Assembly (NCBI GenBank): GCA_964016885.1
Contig: OZ024742.1
Location: forward strand, 113,522,001 to 113,586,000
DNA length: 64,000 nucleotides
Origin: Eledone cirrhosa
Taxonomy: Eukaryota
Direction of reading: 5' to 3'
How positions within the stretch are numbered: the stretch's first letter is position 1; each line of letters begins with the position of its first letter. The position numbers and the translations under genes were made by a program. Below are positions 61,180-64,000 of the stretch, piece after piece. Below the pieces are notes generated by a model. The model worked only from the letters and a program-made list of their open reading frames with translations, did no database searches and was not told the DNA's origin.

Positions 61180-64000
61180 TTTTGGGGCCCTTTCTGCCCG
61201 TGTGTTTGTTTGTTTATGTGTGTCCGTATACAGCGTGGTGATAATGCCACACAAGGGCCAAGTGGGATGGCGGATCCACAGATGGCTATGTAAACATACA
61301 TTCGCCAATCCTCGATAAGAGTGTTTAAATATCGAACATAAACAGTTCGAATAACGGTGAAATGGAGACTAGAACGTCATGTGACAGACTCTCACCCAAC
61401 AGGTGCCCCCTGGCTCAGCAGCAGGAACCTGACTGTCAACCAAATACTGCTGATGTTGGAGGAAGAAGAAGAAGGAAAGGGGCCAGAACCAACTGGACGA
61501 AGGAATTGAATAGAACTGTTATGCAATGCTACCTGAAAAGTAACCCCAAGGAGAGGGGCTACAGGAGACGGATGCATAACATCTGGAACGAGATTGGTTT
61601 ATTTAAATTAGATGAACAAAAATTGGCCGGGCAGGCTCGGGTAATAAGAACTAATGGGTGGATAAGCGAGCTGGAACTGGAGGAACTGAGCAGAGAGAAT
61701 GGCTTGGAGATGGCGGGTGTAGTATGCCAGACAAGCGAGCCGGCGGGAAATGAAGGTGAGGAGGTCCTGAGAACGGAGGAACCACCCGAAGCAGACAATG
61801 ATCTGAATACTGAGATAAATAATACCTGGAACAGAGATACGGCCAGTGAGGAGATGAATGCTGACGGGCTAGGACAAGATTCGGTTGACATCCTAAATTT
61901 AGTGGTAGATGAGTTGAACAATGATAGTGGGAGACCTATGAACCTAAGATTTGTAGACAGGAAAAAGTTAAAGAAACAACAGCTAAGGTAAACAAAGTCA
62001 TCCCATACCTTGAGGCGAGGAGTATTCACCAGTGCAACAATATCCTCAAAGCAACAGCAAATACGGTGAGGAAACTACTTGGTATAAAAGCGAGAGGAAA
62101 CAACAGACAAGAAAGAGCAGAGCCGTGGTGGAAGAAGCGACTGAGTGGGCAAATCGGGGAAATGAGAAATGACATAGGAAAGCTTGAGTCACTACTGAAT
62201 GGGACACTAAAAAACATAGGCACTAAAAATAGACTGGAAATAAAATACAAAACTAGGAGTAAAAAGCTAAATATTATCATAGAGGAATTGAAGCAACGCA
62301 TTGTAGCAAAGAGTGCCAAAATCAGGAGATACGAGAACAGAGTCAGTCAGTATAAACAGAACCGCATGTTCGACAACAACCAGAATATGCTGTTTGGACA
62401 GCTTGAGGGGAAAGAAAGAGGCAACGACTTGATCCCTGGGGCGGAACAAGCTAAAACATTCTGGAGAGGAATATGGGAGCAGGATGTTAGACACAATGCC
62501 CAGGCAGGGTGGATTGAGACAGTACAGAGGGAGATCGGTGAGCAGGCACAGCAACAGACTGATTTGAGTATCACAGTTGAAACTCTTAAGGGGCAAGCCA
62601 AAAAACTAACCAACTGGAAATCACCAGGCCCAGATGGTGTGCAGGGGTATTGGATTAAACATTTAACATCCCTCCACCCGCAGCTGACGGCCATGTTCAA
62701 TGACTGCTTGGTGTCGGGTGAGGTGCCAGAGTGGTTGACAAAAGGTACTACAGTTCTGATAATGAAAGACCGAATCAAGGGTAATGATGTTACCAACTAT
62801 AGACCTATCACATGTCTGCCCGTAATGTGGAAACTGTTGACGAGCATTGTGTCTGAGGAAATCTACCATCACCTCCACACAAACAACTTGTTGCCGGACG
62901 AACAGAAAGGATGCCGAAAGAAGTCACGTGGTACAAAGGACCAGTTGCTTATTGATAAGATGGTAATGGGGAATTGCAGGAGGAGACACACTGATCTTGC
63001 CATGGGATGGATAGACTACAGAAAGGCATTTGACATGGTGCCTCATTCCTGGATCACCAAAAGCCTGGAGATCTTCAGTGTGGCATATAACATCAGACAG
63101 TTGCTGGGCAGGAGTATGGGGTCCTGGGAGACAGAGTTGACATCAACTGGAGTATCCTTGGGAAGCGTGAAGATCAAGAGAGGTATCTTCCAGGGAGATA
63201 GCCTGTCCCCTCTGTTGTTTGTCCTTGCCCTGATGCCCTTGACCATTATGCTGCGAACAGTGAGAGCAGGATACAAGTTGGGAAGGGGAGAGCTTACCAT
63301 CAATCACCTCCTCTTCATGGACGATCTTAAGCTCTTCGGGAAAAGTGAGAAGGAGTTGGATGTGCTTGTTGACACTGTCCGTATTTTCAGCAGTGATATA
63401 TGTATGCAGTTTGGTATTGGTAAATGTGGAGTCATTGTGATGAGGAGGGATAGGTTGAGCAGAAGTAACGGGATCCAGATACCAACAGGTGAGATGATAA
63501 AGGAAATTGACTCTGAGGAAGGATACAAGTATTTGGGCGTTCTGGAGGCTGATGGCATAAAGAACAAAAAAATGAAGGAATTGTTAAGAACTGAATACAT
63601 TCGGAGAGTAAGGAGCGTATTGAAGTCACATCTGAACAGCAGAAATGCCATAAGCGCAGTAAATTACCGAGCTGTGTCTATTATTAGGTACAGTGCGGGA
63701 ATTCTGAGATGGAATGTTGCTGAACAAAAAGAAATGGATAGGAAGACTAGGAAGCTATTGACTATCTACAACATGTTCCACAAGAGGAGTGATGTCGATA
63801 GACTCTACCTAAGGAGATCTGAGGGTGGAAGAGGTCTTATCAGCATAGAGGACTGTGTTCAGATGGAGAAAAACAACCTATACAAATACGTGACCTATAG
63901 TAAGGAGCCAATGCTCAGAGCTGTACTGAAGGAGGGGACAGTAGGCCAGGGGATACCCAAGGAGGAAATAACATCAGGAGGAAGAGCAGCCTTAAGGGAA
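61180..64000 (+). mobile_element. Young R4/Dong-like non-LTR retrotransposon, 5' end present, runs off the window
   Basis: Single-ORF RLE-type architecture; same family as 58760-59969. Confidence 0.92.
61362..64000 (+). pseudogene. R4/Dong polyprotein (Myb-like N-terminus + RT), one frameshift at ~61970, apparently open afterwards
   Basis: RTNWTKELNRTVMQCY..GYRRRMHNIW; after the shift EPWWKKRL, NWKSPGPDG, NYRPITCL, EQKGC, WIDYRKAFDMVPHSW, GIFQGDSLSPLLF, HLLFMDDLKL, YKYLG, RLYLRRSEGGRGL. Confidence 0.9.

Noticed and set aside
61955-61995. Programmed -1 frameshift in the Dong-like ORF
   Set aside because: No canonical X-XXY-YYZ heptamer in frame and R4/Dong elements are single-ORF; a one-base deletion in an A run is simpler

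Overview
AT-rich, microsatellite-saturated eukaryotic DNA with no recognisable host gene. Composition and repeat types suggest an invertebrate, probably a cephalopod (inference only). Nearly all ORF-track entries are translations of (TA)n/(CA)n/(GA)n/(GAA)n/(TAA)n repeats. The real content is retroelements. (1) Six RT-bearing Penelope-like elements (PLEs) with a GGLY[R/H]DD-type RT motif, mostly with a CxC linker and C-terminal GIY-YIG nuclease, resembling the Hydra clade. One is near full length with ~600-bp direct pseudo-LTRs (33345-39335) and two have long inverted pseudo-LTRs. (2) Three R4/Dong-like non-LTR elements; the CCHC + restriction-like endonuclease and (TAA)n tail are visible in the 58760-59969 copy. 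(3) L1/Tx1, RTE-like and Gypsy relics and tRNA-derived SINEs. The most striking signal is a set of about ten different hammerhead-ribozyme-like motifs. Most have palindromic stem III (dimer type) and several have core variants (U3-A8, U10.1-U11.1, extended stem II). Several lie in small non-coding fold-back units that carry the motif on both strands. All folds and boundaries were read by eye and are approximate.
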